Below, piece after piece: positions 17,538-26,262 of a stretch of 37,490 nucleotides of DNA. Numbering within the stretch: position 1 is the first letter of the stretch; every line of letters starts with the position of its first letter. The stretch lies in the IMG/VR virus record IMGVR_UViG_3300045988_166160. The stretch is one strand, 5' to 3'. Source of the DNA: a virus. Position numbers and translations under genes: made by a program. The notes under the pieces are model-generated. The model saw nothing but the letters and a program-made list of their open reading frames with translations. It did not search any database and was not told where the DNA came from.

Positions 17538-18143
17538 TTATTTAATTCCAAATGCCCTTGCTATTGCATCATTTGGATTTACTTTTTGTTTTGTGTTATT
17601 AGCCCCAATTATAAAACCATTTTTATTTTGTTCTGGCTCTTGTTGTTGTCCTTTAAAAGAAGGATATTTTTCTAACACCTTATCAATAGCCTGTTCCATG
17701 GTTAAATCATCATTAAGCATAGACTTAGCTAATATAACTACATCATCTACAGAAGTTGATGCAACTCCTTTAGATAAACAAGTTACTTTTGTTTCAGCTA
17801 ATAAAGCTCTTTCTTCAGCTGCAACTCTTGCCTTTTCAGCATTAGTTAAAGCTTCATTTTTCTTTTCTTCTTCTGTTTTTTGACTTTCTTGCCATTGCTT
17901 AAAAGCCTCTAACTCCTCTTTAGATGGTTGGTCTTTCTTTGCTCTAGCAACTCTTTCCTTTACTATTTTGTCTAACTCCTCTTGAGTAAAAGTTTTAGGC
18001 TCTTCACCTATTCCTTCCCCAGCTTCTGGATCACCTTCATCTCCTGATGGATTTCCTTCTCCAGCAATCCCAGCTCCTCCATCTGCTTGAAGTAATCTTC
18101 CCACTCCTAGCCTTTTTCTTAAATTACAACTTGTTATAAACAT
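17538..18143 (-). CDS. Scaffolding protein (DUF4355-like)
   Basis: Helical, highly charged protein. FTQEELDKIVKERVARAKK is typical of phage scaffold proteins. Lies between the MuF-like and capsid genes. Confidence 0.75.
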   Translation of the reverse strand: MFITSCNLRKRLGVGRLLQADGGAGIAGEGNPSGDEGDPEAGEGIGEEPKTFTQEELDKIVKERVARAKKDQPSKEELEAFKQWQESQKTEEEKKNEALTNAEKARVAAEERALLAETKVTCLSKGVASTSVDDVVILAKSMLNDDLTMEQAIDKVLEKYPSFKGQQQEPEQNKNGFIIGANNTKQKVNPNDAIARAFGIK

Positions 18144-18215
18144 AACTTCCCTCCATTTATAGTCTGTAGACTTTTATTTCCTTACACAGTTTTAGGCCTT
18201 AAGCAAGTTTTGGGC

Positions 18216-18244
18216 ATAATAAAAGCACCTACTTACGTAAGTGC
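18216..18244 (-). terminator. Terminator-like hairpin after the MuF-like gene
   Basis: Stem gcacctac/gtaagtgc (1 mismatch, loop ttac), followed on the minus strand by ttttattat. Confidence 0.45.
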
Positions 18245-18247
18245 TAG

Positions 18248-19309
18248 TTATCTTTCTTTTAACCACATTTCTTTTTTATTTTTATACTTTATCTTATTTT
18301 CATTATCAAAACTTCTATTTTCAAGATTAGTATATCTTTTAACTTGTCTTTCAATATAATTTTGATTTTGTTGTTCATTATATAATCTTATATTTTCTTC
18401 TTGTTGCTCTTTAGTAGTTCTTTTAGGTTTAGAAGTTATTCCCTCAAAATATGTTGTATGACTATCTCTACAATTAGGGTGATATAATCCTTTTTCTATA
18501 GCCGAACTAAGTAATGGATATGGTCCATCTTTAGAACTTCCACCACTCCATACATCATCAATATATATTTTACCTTGATGTGGTGTACATTTAGGGCAAC
18601 CTCCACCTCTACTTATCACTATAACTGTACTTATTCCCCACTCTTTTCTCTTATCTCCTTCCCCTTGAAGGTAAGCTCTTTTATTTGATGTTCTAATAGC
18701 CATATCAACATAACTTACAACATTAACTCTAGCACCATTTTTATATTCTATACAATTAATACCGTTGGCCATAAAATCTCTACTTGCCATATCAATAGCT
18801 TTTTCTATGGTTCCAGCACCAGTATTGGCATATATTTGAGCATTAAATATTATTTTTCTATATTGATCATTAGCCATTCTTAACATAGCTAATTGTGCTT
18901 TCTTGAAATCTTTCTTAGTAGCTTTAATTAATGCATTAAGTTTTCTATCATTTATTCTAAAAAACTTAGCATTTAAAGTAATATTCTTTTTCTTTCTTTT
19001 TTTGAATATATAACCTTCTCTTAATGCTGATAATATTTCAATTTCTTGTTGCATATTGCCCTGTTTATAGGCTTTTTCTAATACTTCCTCTATCTGTTCA
19101 TTAATAGTTGAAAAATATCCTTTGAATTTCTTTATATTATTACTTCTATACTTTTCTAATGCCTTAAGTTGCTCTGCTTGCCACATACTCCATTCAAAAC
19201 CTTCTGTTTTTTCCCAATCAGTATGTCTTTTAATATTCCCAAGCATAGAATTTATTAATTCTTCTTCTATCTTTTGAAATGCTGCAACTATATCATAATC
19301 TTTAGCCAT
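18248..19309 (-). CDS. Head morphogenesis protein (SPP1 gp7 / Mu F-like minor capsid protein)
   Basis: Lies downstream of the portal. The C-terminal CPKCTPHQGKIY...HPNCRDSHT resembles the Mu F family signature. Confidence 0.75.
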   Translation of the reverse strand: MAKDYDIVAAFQKIEEELINSMLGNIKRHTDWEKTEGFEWSMWQAEQLKALEKYRSNNIKKFKGYFSTINEQIEEVLEKAYKQGNMQQEIEILSALREGYIFKKRKKKNITLNAKFFRINDRKLNALIKATKKDFKKAQLAMLRMANDQYRKIIFNAQIYANTGAGTIEKAIDMASRDFMANGINCIEYKNGARVNVVSYVDMAIRTSNKRAYLQGEGDKRKEWGISTVIVISRGGGCPKCTPHQGKIYIDDVWSGGSSKDGPYPLLSSAIEKGLYHPNCRDSHTTYFEGITSKPKRTTKEQQEENIRLYNEQQNQNYIERQVKRYTNLENRSFDNENKIKYKNKKEMWLKER

Positions 19310-19529
19310 TACTATATACCTTATAGCCTTGTGCTTTATATTTTCTTATTTCTTCTTTTAATTTAGTTTTTGATGGTAGTACATCTCTTTTAATTTCTAC
19401 AATATTATTTTTTTCTACTGCATATATACCTAACACCACATATTCTTTGATACTTTCGAGGAACCCATTAATATTCTTTCTCTCTATCTGGTATACTCGA
19501 TTGTTTATTATCACCTTCACTATCTTCAT
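19302..19529 (-). CDS. Small hypothetical protein embedded between the portal and MuF-like genes
   Basis: Strong SD (AGGAGGGG, 7 nt before the ATG) lying inside the portal 3' end. Overlaps the portal gene by 62 nt and the MuF-like gene by 8 nt. Confidence 0.5.
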   Translation of the reverse strand: MKIVKVIINNRVYQIERKNINGFLESIKEYVVLGIYAVEKNNIVEIKRDVLPSKTKLKEEIRKYKAQGYKVYSNG

Positions 19530-20979
19530 CTATATCCCCTCCTACAAATGGTTCTTCCATAGTAATAATTCCTGCTTGCTCTTTAATTCTTCTAACCTCT
19601 TCTTCTTTCCATTTATCATCTTTACTATCTCCCCACATTTCCTCAACCTTTGCTTCTATAGACATTGGTATATTTGGATTAGATAGTGTTTCAACAACTG
19701 CTTCAAATGAAGGTGATGCATATTCTCCAAAACTTATTTCTACATCTAAATCGCTAATATTCTTATTCAATGATGTATGGTAAGCCTTAAATATTACATC
19801 AACTAGTCTAGGTAACATTTCTGTTAATGAATCTATAATAGCTTGTCTTGAGTAAAGAGTAGTTTTTTCTTTTTCCCTTTGAGCTTCTGCATTATCTAAC
19901 TTTTTATTATCTATTCCTAATGTTGATGGAGAAATTAACCCTTGTAAACATAGGTCTAAAGCTGTAACATAAGTTTGAAGATAAGATTCTGTTGGTATAC
20001 CCGGTTGTTCAGTAGTGATTTTACTATCTGCATTTTCCTTCATACTCTTATCGGTTTGAATAAACCTATTATCAAAGTAGTTAGGCTTCATTATTTCTCC
20101 AGTCTTAATATCCCTAGGCAATAAATCATCTGGTATATATGTTTTTGCTCTTCCTGCTCTTAATGCATCTATCCATTGACTCCAGGTTTCATCTAAACTA
20201 TCAAAGTTATCTGTTTTACCATCAAATATACTTTGTCCTCTACCTTCCCATTTCTCTGACTCATAAATCATATATGGTACAGCCATGTTGAAAGATTTAT
20301 CAAATGTTACATCTGCTAATTCTTCAGTTTGTGGAATAGTATTTAATGCTACTTCATTATTGTTAATAAATAGTTTATATGTTATATATCCATAACCGTA
20401 AGTTTCTTTTAAGTTGTATACTTTTGTATTATGTTTATAAACGGTATTAAAGATAATTTCTTTCATACGCCCTCTTTCATATACTATCTCAATATCATCA
20501 CCATCATAAAATTCTATAATAGGATATTTAGATATATTTGAATCAAAAGATATCTTAAAAGCACCATCACCAGCTACTAAAACTTTCTTTGTTGATCTAT
20601 CTAATAATTTATAAAATTTATTTTCCTTAACTATAGCTTCCCATATTTCATTTAAATTACTATCTTTAAAAGTTATATCATTTAAATCAGTTAATGTAAT
20701 ATCAGCTAATTTATTAACTATTATTTTAGGTAGTCCAGTATGTATTTTTCTTATTTCCATACCTAGTGTTGGAACACTTCCCCAAAATGAGAAATTATTA
20801 TTTTGTAACTGCTTGTATAACTGCTCTAACTCATAACTATCTCCCCTATACCAAATCTTATTTTTAAATACGTTTGTTTCATAGTTCATACTTTCTTGTA
20901 TATTAAAACTAGTTGTTTGAGCTTCTTGTATTCTTAAAAAGCTTCTCATAAAATTCCTCACTTTCTCTGTTATCTTCAT
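19468..20979 (-). CDS. Portal protein (SPP1 gp6-like)
   Basis: 503 aa with an acidic C-terminus, positioned in the terminase-portal-MuF order. Confidence 0.85.
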   Translation of the reverse strand: MKITEKVRNFMRSFLRIQEAQTTSFNIQESMNYETNVFKNKIWYRGDSYELEQLYKQLQNNNFSFWGSVPTLGMEIRKIHTGLPKIIVNKLADITLTDLNDITFKDSNLNEIWEAIVKENKFYKLLDRSTKKVLVAGDGAFKISFDSNISKYPIIEFYDGDDIEIVYERGRMKEIIFNTVYKHNTKVYNLKETYGYGYITYKLFINNNEVALNTIPQTEELADVTFDKSFNMAVPYMIYESEKWEGRGQSIFDGKTDNFDSLDETWSQWIDALRAGRAKTYIPDDLLPRDIKTGEIMKPNYFDNRFIQTDKSMKENADSKITTEQPGIPTESYLQTYVTALDLCLQGLISPSTLGIDNKKLDNAEAQREKEKTTLYSRQAIIDSLTEMLPRLVDVIFKAYHTSLNKNISDLDVEISFGEYASPSFEAVVETLSNPNIPMSIEAKVEEMWGDSKDDKWKEEEVRRIKEQAGIITMEEPFVGGDIDEDSEGDNKQSSIPDREKEY

Positions 20980-21120
20980 TTTTCACCTCTATTCACTCCA
21001 TATAACGTTTTTTATTATTCAATAACATTTTATACCTTTTAATCAAAACTAGCCTTAAATTTGATTGTAAAGCCATATTTCTACTCATAAATTTATTTTT
21101 AAGCTTTTTCTTTAATTTTA

Positions 21121-21158
21121 AAAACTGCGTAGAAGTATAGCCCTACGCAGTCTTTTTT
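21121..21158. terminator. Bidirectional hairpin terminator; left boundary of the accessory island
   Basis: The element is aaaa-ctgcgtag-(10 nt)-ctacgcag-tctttttt. Its first 18 nt match 22046-22063 at 17 of 18 positions. Confidence 0.7.
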
Positions 21159-21222
21159 ATTGTTTTTAAACAGTTTTTAATAGTATTGAAATAATCTCCA
21201 ATCCCCTAATATTTTTTTATTT

Positions 21223-21735
21223 TTATTTTTTTGAAAGTAATTCTATAAATTCTTTTTTAGCTTTTTCATTTTCAAACGTACTAATTGGAATAATTGGAGT
21301 ATATATTAAAGAGTTATTATCATTTCTTAATATATATATAGAATCTTCAAATTCTAAAATATTTTTTATATTATCAAATGAAAATTTATCTACGTGATTA
21401 TTAGAGAATTTATAGATTATTTCATGTTTACATACTTCTAATTCTTTTTCTGGTAGAACCTTATATGATAATATTAATCTTTTAATTATTTTTTTTGAAA
21501 TTGAAAAGTATATCTCAGGAAAATATAAAAAGAATATAGCAGGAATTAAAGTTTCAAGTGAAACTAATATTATTTGTATATTTGTTATTTTATGATTAAA
21601 CCAAAAAAAACAACCTATTAAAAAAATTATTAAAAAAATTATTGGAAATATTTTTTTTAATATTTTAAGTTTCAATTTTTCTAATTTTAAGTAATTAGTA
21701 TATTGATCAATAGTATTAGTATAAATGAATTTCAT
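21223..21735 (-). CDS. Two-TM membrane protein with a YcxB-like (bPH-type) C-terminal domain
   Basis: Hydrophobic helices IFPIIFLIIFLIGCFFWF and ILVSLETLIPAIFFLYF. The C-terminal IYILRNDNNSLIYTPIIPISTFENEKAKKEFIELL resembles the YcxB-like domain. The gene has its own promoter and terminator. Confidence 0.6.
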   Translation of the reverse strand: MKFIYTNTIDQYTNYLKLEKLKLKILKKIFPIIFLIIFLIGCFFWFNHKITNIQIILVSLETLIPAIFFLYFPEIYFSISKKIIKRLILSYKVLPEKELEVCKHEIIYKFSNNHVDKFSFDNIKNILEFEDSIYILRNDNNSLIYTPIIPISTFENEKAKKEFIELLSKK

Positions 21736-21752
21736 AATCCTCCCCCTATTTA

Positions 21753-21785
21753 TGGTATAATTTGATAATATATTAAATTATACCA
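21753..21785. promoter_or_regulatory. Palindrome holding two opposed extended -10 promoters (TGGTATAAT on each strand)
   Basis: The sequence tggtataattt-gataatatatt-aaattatacca has perfect 11-bp inverted arms. Plus-strand TGnTATAAT lies at 21753-21761 and its minus-strand equivalent at 21777-21785. Confidence 0.65.
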
Positions 21786-21838
21786 CAATTTTTTTCAATT
21801 ATGAAATTAATCTTTATTTAGTTTAAGGAGTTGTATAT

Positions 21839-21952
21839 ATGCAAAAATTTTTAACTTTGTTAATAAAAATAATAATATTCTTAATAATGCTTTTTATTAT
21901 TATAGCTTGGATTTATTTATTTTATTATTTGAATAAAGTAACGTCTAAATGA
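21839..21952 (+). CDS. 37-aa single-TM hydrophobic peptide (below the ORF-track size cutoff)
   Basis: The ATG is preceded by AAGGAG with 8-nt spacing. Translation by hand gives MQKFLTLLIKIIIFLIMLFIIIAWIYLFYYLNKVTSK. It lies downstream of the plus-strand extended -10 and upstream of the hairpin at 22043-22081. Confidence 0.55.
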   Translation: MQKFLTLLIKIIIFLIMLFIIIAWIYLFYYLNKVTSK

Positions 21953-22042
21953 TATAGAGATCTAAGCAAAAACTTTACTGTAAAGTTGTGTTATCAAATT
22001 GATAATAATGGCTTAAAACCGTAAATTTAAAAAAATAGAAAC

Positions 22043-22081
22043 AAAAAAACTGCGTAGAATTATGAAATCACGCAGTTTTTT
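22043..22081. terminator. Bidirectional hairpin terminator; right boundary of the accessory island
   Basis: The element is aaaaaaa-ctgcgt-(14 nt)-acgcag-tttttt. It follows the TerL stop on the minus strand and the small peptide ORF on the plus strand. Confidence 0.65.
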
Positions 22082-22205
22082 ATTAATTCGGCTTATTTAC
22101 TTAGTTTTATAGAAGTATAAATATTACTTTTTTACATTTTACGCAGTTTTATTGTGATAAAACACGCATTTTTATGGAAAATAAGCTATTTTTCTTTTTT
22201 AAATA

Positions 22206-23588
22206 TCATAAATTATTTGAAATTCCTATGCGATTTTTATAAGGCAACCAACTATATTGAGTACTGTTAACCATATGGTCATTTGCATCTTCTGGAGTAT
22301 TATCTTTACCCTCCATCCAGCTATATGTTTCTAATTCAGATATATAATTTACACAATGGTTTAAAATCTTATATTGATTATGAGCAAACCAACCTAATTG
22401 AAGGATAATTCTATCTATAATCATTGTTTTTTTCCATGCATTATTAAAGTTATATACTGTACCATTTAATCTTTTATATTTAGCAAACTCTGTTATAGTA
22501 GCCTGGTCTGCTGAATCTATAAATACATCTTTAGCAAATCCCCATTCTTTTCTATTTCTCTCTAAGAAATCTATAAAGTTCTTTACTGTATCACTTGGAG
22601 CTATAGGTATATCTAAATTAGCATTATTATATACCCTTTCATCTAGTACAAAGCAATTACCTTTATTAGTAATACCAATAAAACTCATTGAGATTGTATC
22701 AGGGCTATTAGTTGAATAAGCTGTATCTAATCCAGAACTAAATATTTCAAACCATTCTGTTTGTTGTCTATTACTTCTATCTCTAATAAACTTTTTAGCA
22801 TACTCTTTACTAACAACATGATTCTTTCTTTCAAAGTTGCTAAATATAATTCCTGTTGCTCTTCCTCTTAGACCTAATATCTTATTTTTATAAAGCTTAG
22901 TACCTTTTGGAGCACTTAACTTTTTCTTTTCAATATCTTCTTCACTTAATGATGCATTATCATAAAAAGAAAAGAACCAGTATGTCCAGTTTGTTTTTTC
23001 CTCACTGTTCAACTGCTCCATTATTTCTCTTGGTACATCATCTTTGTATTTAATTAATGGTCTACTACAATTTATAAACTCTTTATATATTGGTAAGTTT
23101 GGATCATCTGGATTAAGTGTCATCATTAAGTAATCATTTCTAGTACTTATTTCCCTAACAAACTCAACATTAGCTGTGTTAACCTCGTCTATAAGAACAC
23201 ATCCGAACTGTGAACCAAGTGCCATCTTCCATTTTTCTTTATTATCATAACCTAGAATATAAATTACTTTTTCACCATTTGGAGTGTTATATCTGATATG
23301 TGGTATCTTATCATCTTTATCACCATTACCGTTATACTTTACATACTCTCCAAATACATCAGTAATTCCATATTCTTTTTGTATGATATTCTTTTCAGCT
23401 ACTCCAGTAGTCTTAGCTGCTATAACATGCTGTTTCTTTTTAGACTTAGCAACTTGCAACATAAACTTTAGTATTCCTACTGTAGTTTTTCCTGCTGCAG
23501 TTGTTCCTTCTAAACACTCTACTGGTGCATTATGTTTTATAAAATCTTTATATTTCTTAGATAACTTGTATTCATTACTCATTATCAT
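22206..23588 (-). CDS. terL: Terminase large subunit
   Basis: Walker A-like EGTTAAGKTTVG and Walker B-like CVLIDEVN, with a C-terminal nuclease-like region containing acidic residues. Overlaps TerS by 14 nt. Confidence 0.85.
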   Translation of the reverse strand: MIMSNEYKLSKKYKDFIKHNAPVECLEGTTAAGKTTVGILKFMLQVAKSKKKQHVIAAKTTGVAEKNIIQKEYGITDVFGEYVKYNGNGDKDDKIPHIRYNTPNGEKVIYILGYDNKEKWKMALGSQFGCVLIDEVNTANVEFVREISTRNDYLMMTLNPDDPNLPIYKEFINCSRPLIKYKDDVPREIMEQLNSEEKTNWTYWFFSFYDNASLSEEDIEKKKLSAPKGTKLYKNKILGLRGRATGIIFSNFERKNHVVSKEYAKKFIRDRSNRQQTEWFEIFSSGLDTAYSTNSPDTISMSFIGITNKGNCFVLDERVYNNANLDIPIAPSDTVKNFIDFLERNRKEWGFAKDVFIDSADQATITEFAKYKRLNGTVYNFNNAWKKTMIIDRIILQLGWFAHNQYKILNHCVNYISELETYSWMEGKDNTPEDANDHMVNSTQYSWLPYKNRIGISNNL

Positions 23589-24057
23589 CTTCCTCTAACT
23601 GTTGTAATATTGAATCTAACTTAGTTGCAGCATTTACATCTACTTTTTGTTCTACCTTATCAACAAACAACCTATATCTCTTGCCTAAAAGCTCTGCTGC
23701 TTTAATCCTATCTTTAGCTGATAGTTCTTTCTTAACTATCCTAGCTGATGAACATCCATCTCCTTCACCTTCTACAACAACAACTTCTTCTGTAATTTCA
23801 TTTCTCATTACTGCGGTAAGGTATTTCATAACTTCTGTTGCATCTGCTATACTTTCATCTTCTATTTTTTTGAGTTGTTCATCTATATACTTTTTAACGT
23901 TAGCTTTTGTTAGTAACTTACTTGCATTTGCTCTTGCCGCACTATCCTTTTTAACATTAGGATAAGCCTTTTTATAAGCTCTAGTAGCATTAAGGTCTAC
24001 TAGATACTCATTTGCAAATATTATTTGTTTATCTGTTAGTTTCTCCATTAATGCCAC
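23575..24057 (-). CDS. terS: Terminase small subunit (Terminase_2 / P27-like)
   Basis: LTDKQIIFANEYLVDLNATRAYKKAYPNVKKDSAARANASKLLTKANVKKYI is the characteristic N-terminal HTH of this family. Confidence 0.85.
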   Translation of the reverse strand: MALMEKLTDKQIIFANEYLVDLNATRAYKKAYPNVKKDSAARANASKLLTKANVKKYIDEQLKKIEDESIADATEVMKYLTAVMRNEITEEVVVVEGEGDGCSSARIVKKELSAKDRIKAAELLGKRYRLFVDKVEQKVDVNAATKLDSILQQLEEDDNE

Positions 24058-24065
24058 CTACTTTC

Positions 24066-24101
24066 TAAAAAATAAAAACACCTAGCTTCTATACTAGATG
24101 T
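24066..24101 (-). terminator. Rho-independent terminator between the SEC-C gene and TerS
   Basis: Stem acacctag/ctagatgt (one G-U pair, 8-nt loop), followed on the minus strand by ttttatttttta. Confidence 0.6.
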
Positions 24102-24167
24102 TCTTATTTAACAATGATCATAATGCTAATTATAATATTATTTTAATATAAATAATTTAAATTTTTA

Positions 24168-25325
24168 TTAATTTTTTTTAAATAAATCATATTTTGGCTT
24201 TTTCATCATATCATTGGCTCCATTCTTTATCATTAAGCCTTCAATATAATCCTCTAAACTATCAAATGGTAATTCTAATGATATAAGTTTACTAAAATCA
24301 CCAATTTCCCCATTAATAACTTTCTCATATTCCCTTCTTGAAAATGGAGTCCATTTATCCCATAATCGTGGACTCAATACTATATTTTCACTATATGTAG
24401 GAATTAAATTATTAAGGAAAATTTTTAACTGATCATCTGTAAATGCTTTTATTTTTTCTAAATACTCTTTAAAATGTTCGAAATCTTCCTTTAAATAGCT
24501 AATTATAAAAAAAGAGTTTGTTTGTGTAGGTAAAATACTAATAAAAACACTCTTTAATCTTTCCTCATCTTTTGAATATATGTCATTTAACATTTTACCA
24601 TTAATATCAAATGTAGGATTAAACATTGTAGTTACTGCAAAATCATACATTTGATCAAATTTATAAACATAACTTTCTAATATATTAAAATCATTATTTT
24701 TAAATGCTTCATTAAATATGTTCATATATTTTTCAACATCTTTAAAAGATAGCTCCATATTCTCATAGCTTTCTATAAAGCCAGGAATATTAACTACTAT
24801 TGGATTGTCTTTAAAGCAATTTTGTATAGCTTTTAACATCCTATTTTTTTTATGATACTCTTGTGCACAAGTCCTATATGCATGAAGAAAATTTTGCTTT
24901 TCACTAGCAGTATATGGTAAAAGTTCTATTTCTTTAAATACTACAGAATCATGATATTCACAAAAGCCATAAAAAGTTGTTGCACTATTTTTACTTACTT
25001 CTTTAGTTGAAGTACCTTTCCTAACTTTATTTAATAAATCATATATTCTTACATGTCCATTTTCAGAAATTAATGATAAAATTCCATTATTCTGCAAAGT
25101 ATGTGCATTCTTTATTGGTTTTTTGCATTTTTCTTTCTCTGGATAAAAGCATGTCTTGTAATCAGTTGATTTTAATCTTTCAAATAAAAGCTGATTTAAT
25201 CTATTAGGATTGCTCAGCACCTCATCTGAAACTATTTTTTTCTGTGAATTTATTTTAGACATACAGCAAGATTTAAACTTTTTCCCACTTCCACAAAAAC
25301 ATTCCCTATTCTTAATTTTATTCAT
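24168..25325 (-). CDS. SEC-C-motif (zinc-binding) protein with a large uncharacterised C-terminal domain
   Basis: The N-terminal CFCGSGKKFKSCC matches the SEC-C metal-binding motif. The remaining ~350 aa has His/Asp-rich conserved-looking patches (KNAHTLQNNGILSLISENGHV, FYGFCEYHDSVVFKEIE) that I cannot assign to a family. Confidence 0.6.
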   Translation of the reverse strand: MNKIKNRECFCGSGKKFKSCCMSKINSQKKIVSDEVLSNPNRLNQLLFERLKSTDYKTCFYPEKEKCKKPIKNAHTLQNNGILSLISENGHVRIYDLLNKVRKGTSTKEVSKNSATTFYGFCEYHDSVVFKEIELLPYTASEKQNFLHAYRTCAQEYHKKNRMLKAIQNCFKDNPIVVNIPGFIESYENMELSFKDVEKYMNIFNEAFKNNDFNILESYVYKFDQMYDFAVTTMFNPTFDINGKMLNDIYSKDEERLKSVFISILPTQTNSFFIISYLKEDFEHFKEYLEKIKAFTDDQLKIFLNNLIPTYSENIVLSPRLWDKWTPFSRREYEKVINGEIGDFSKLISLELPFDSLEDYIEGLMIKNGANDMMKKPKYDLFKKN

Positions 25326-25361
25326 AATATCCCTCCTCTCTACAATTTTACAATCTTATGT

Positions 25362-25403
25362 AAAAAATGTAAAGCAACTAGCTTTTTACACTAGCTGCTT
25401 TAC
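25362..25403 (-). terminator. Rho-independent terminator between the late regulator and the SEC-C gene
   Basis: Stem gtaaagcaactag/ctagctgctttac (13 bp, 1 mismatch), followed on the minus strand by tttttt (a-run 25362-25367). Confidence 0.65.
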
Positions 25404-25524
25404 TAATATCACTATAGAGGACAGTATTGGAAAACCTTACTCACATTTTCCACACTTAAATATTATCACAATTTAGTGGTAGCATGTTGGGTATAAAGTG
25501 GGTATAAAAAGGGGGTTACTTTTT

Positions 25525-25995
25525 TTATAACTCAAACCTTTCTTGCTTATATGGATTATAGAAAATAGTATCTGCTAATTTTCTTATAATTCTATTTCTC
25601 AAATCTTTTCTGCAATAATCTACACTATACTTAAGTGCTCTTGCAATTTGATTCCAACTTAAAGTTCTCTTGTTAGTATACCTTAATTCTACTAACTGCT
25701 TTTCTTCTTCTTTTAAACTTTCTATTGCTATATCTAATCTTCTCTTTAATGTTTGCTTTTTATTTAAATCTTTATAATAACATATAAGCTTCTGCTCTCT
25801 ACTCATAACCTCATTTTCTACACTACTATTAAATTTATTAGTGCTACCTGTTTTTTCTTCATATTGTATGGCTGAACATCCTTGATATTGTTCTTCCATT
25901 TCTTTTATCTCAGCTTTTAATAATTCTATTTTATTTGTTAGATCATTATAATCATATAATATTCCCTCTGTTTTTCTAAATAACTCTTTATCCAT
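25525..25995 (-). CDS. Late-gene transcriptional activator (ArpU/RinA or sigma-70 region-4-like)
   Basis: The C-terminal LKEEEKQLVELRYTNKRTLSWNQIARALKYSVDYCRKDLRNRIIRKLA looks like a sigma region 4 HTH. Positioned just upstream of the packaging genes. Confidence 0.6.
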   Translation of the reverse strand: MDKELFRKTEGILYDYNDLTNKIELLKAEIKEMEEQYQGCSAIQYEEKTGSTNKFNSSVENEVMSREQKLICYYKDLNKKQTLKRRLDIAIESLKEEEKQLVELRYTNKRTLSWNQIARALKYSVDYCRKDLRNRIIRKLADTIFYNPYKQERFEL

Positions 25996-26262
25996 TCTAT
26001 CTCTCCTATTTATTACATTAAATTAAACACTAACTGTCCATTATTTAACTGCATATATCCATTTATTATTTCTACATTACTCTTATATACTCCACACCAA
26101 ATGCCATTATTATTTCAAAGATCATTTATTAAAGGACCATTTAAAACAATATCTAAATTTGTAATCCCCACTACATCTTATAGCTTGTCCAAAGGCCCTT
26201 TCTTAATATTTTTATTTATATAAATGCATTAAGCATTAATAACTTATTATTTAAGTATTAAC

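Noticed and set aside
20993-21088. 31-aa basic ORF (MSRNMALQSNLRLVLIKRYKMLLNNKKRYME) on the minus strand upstream of the portal gene
   Set aside because: There is no Shine-Dalgarno sequence before the ATG. It overlaps the portal RBS region, so it is probably fortuitous.
25996-26262. 267-nt gap between the DUF1064 gene and the late activator, examined for a hidden gene or RNA
   Set aside because: There is no start codon with an RBS on either strand and no convincing hairpin or repeat. It is probably just the late-regulator promoter region, and I could not define a promoter with confidence.
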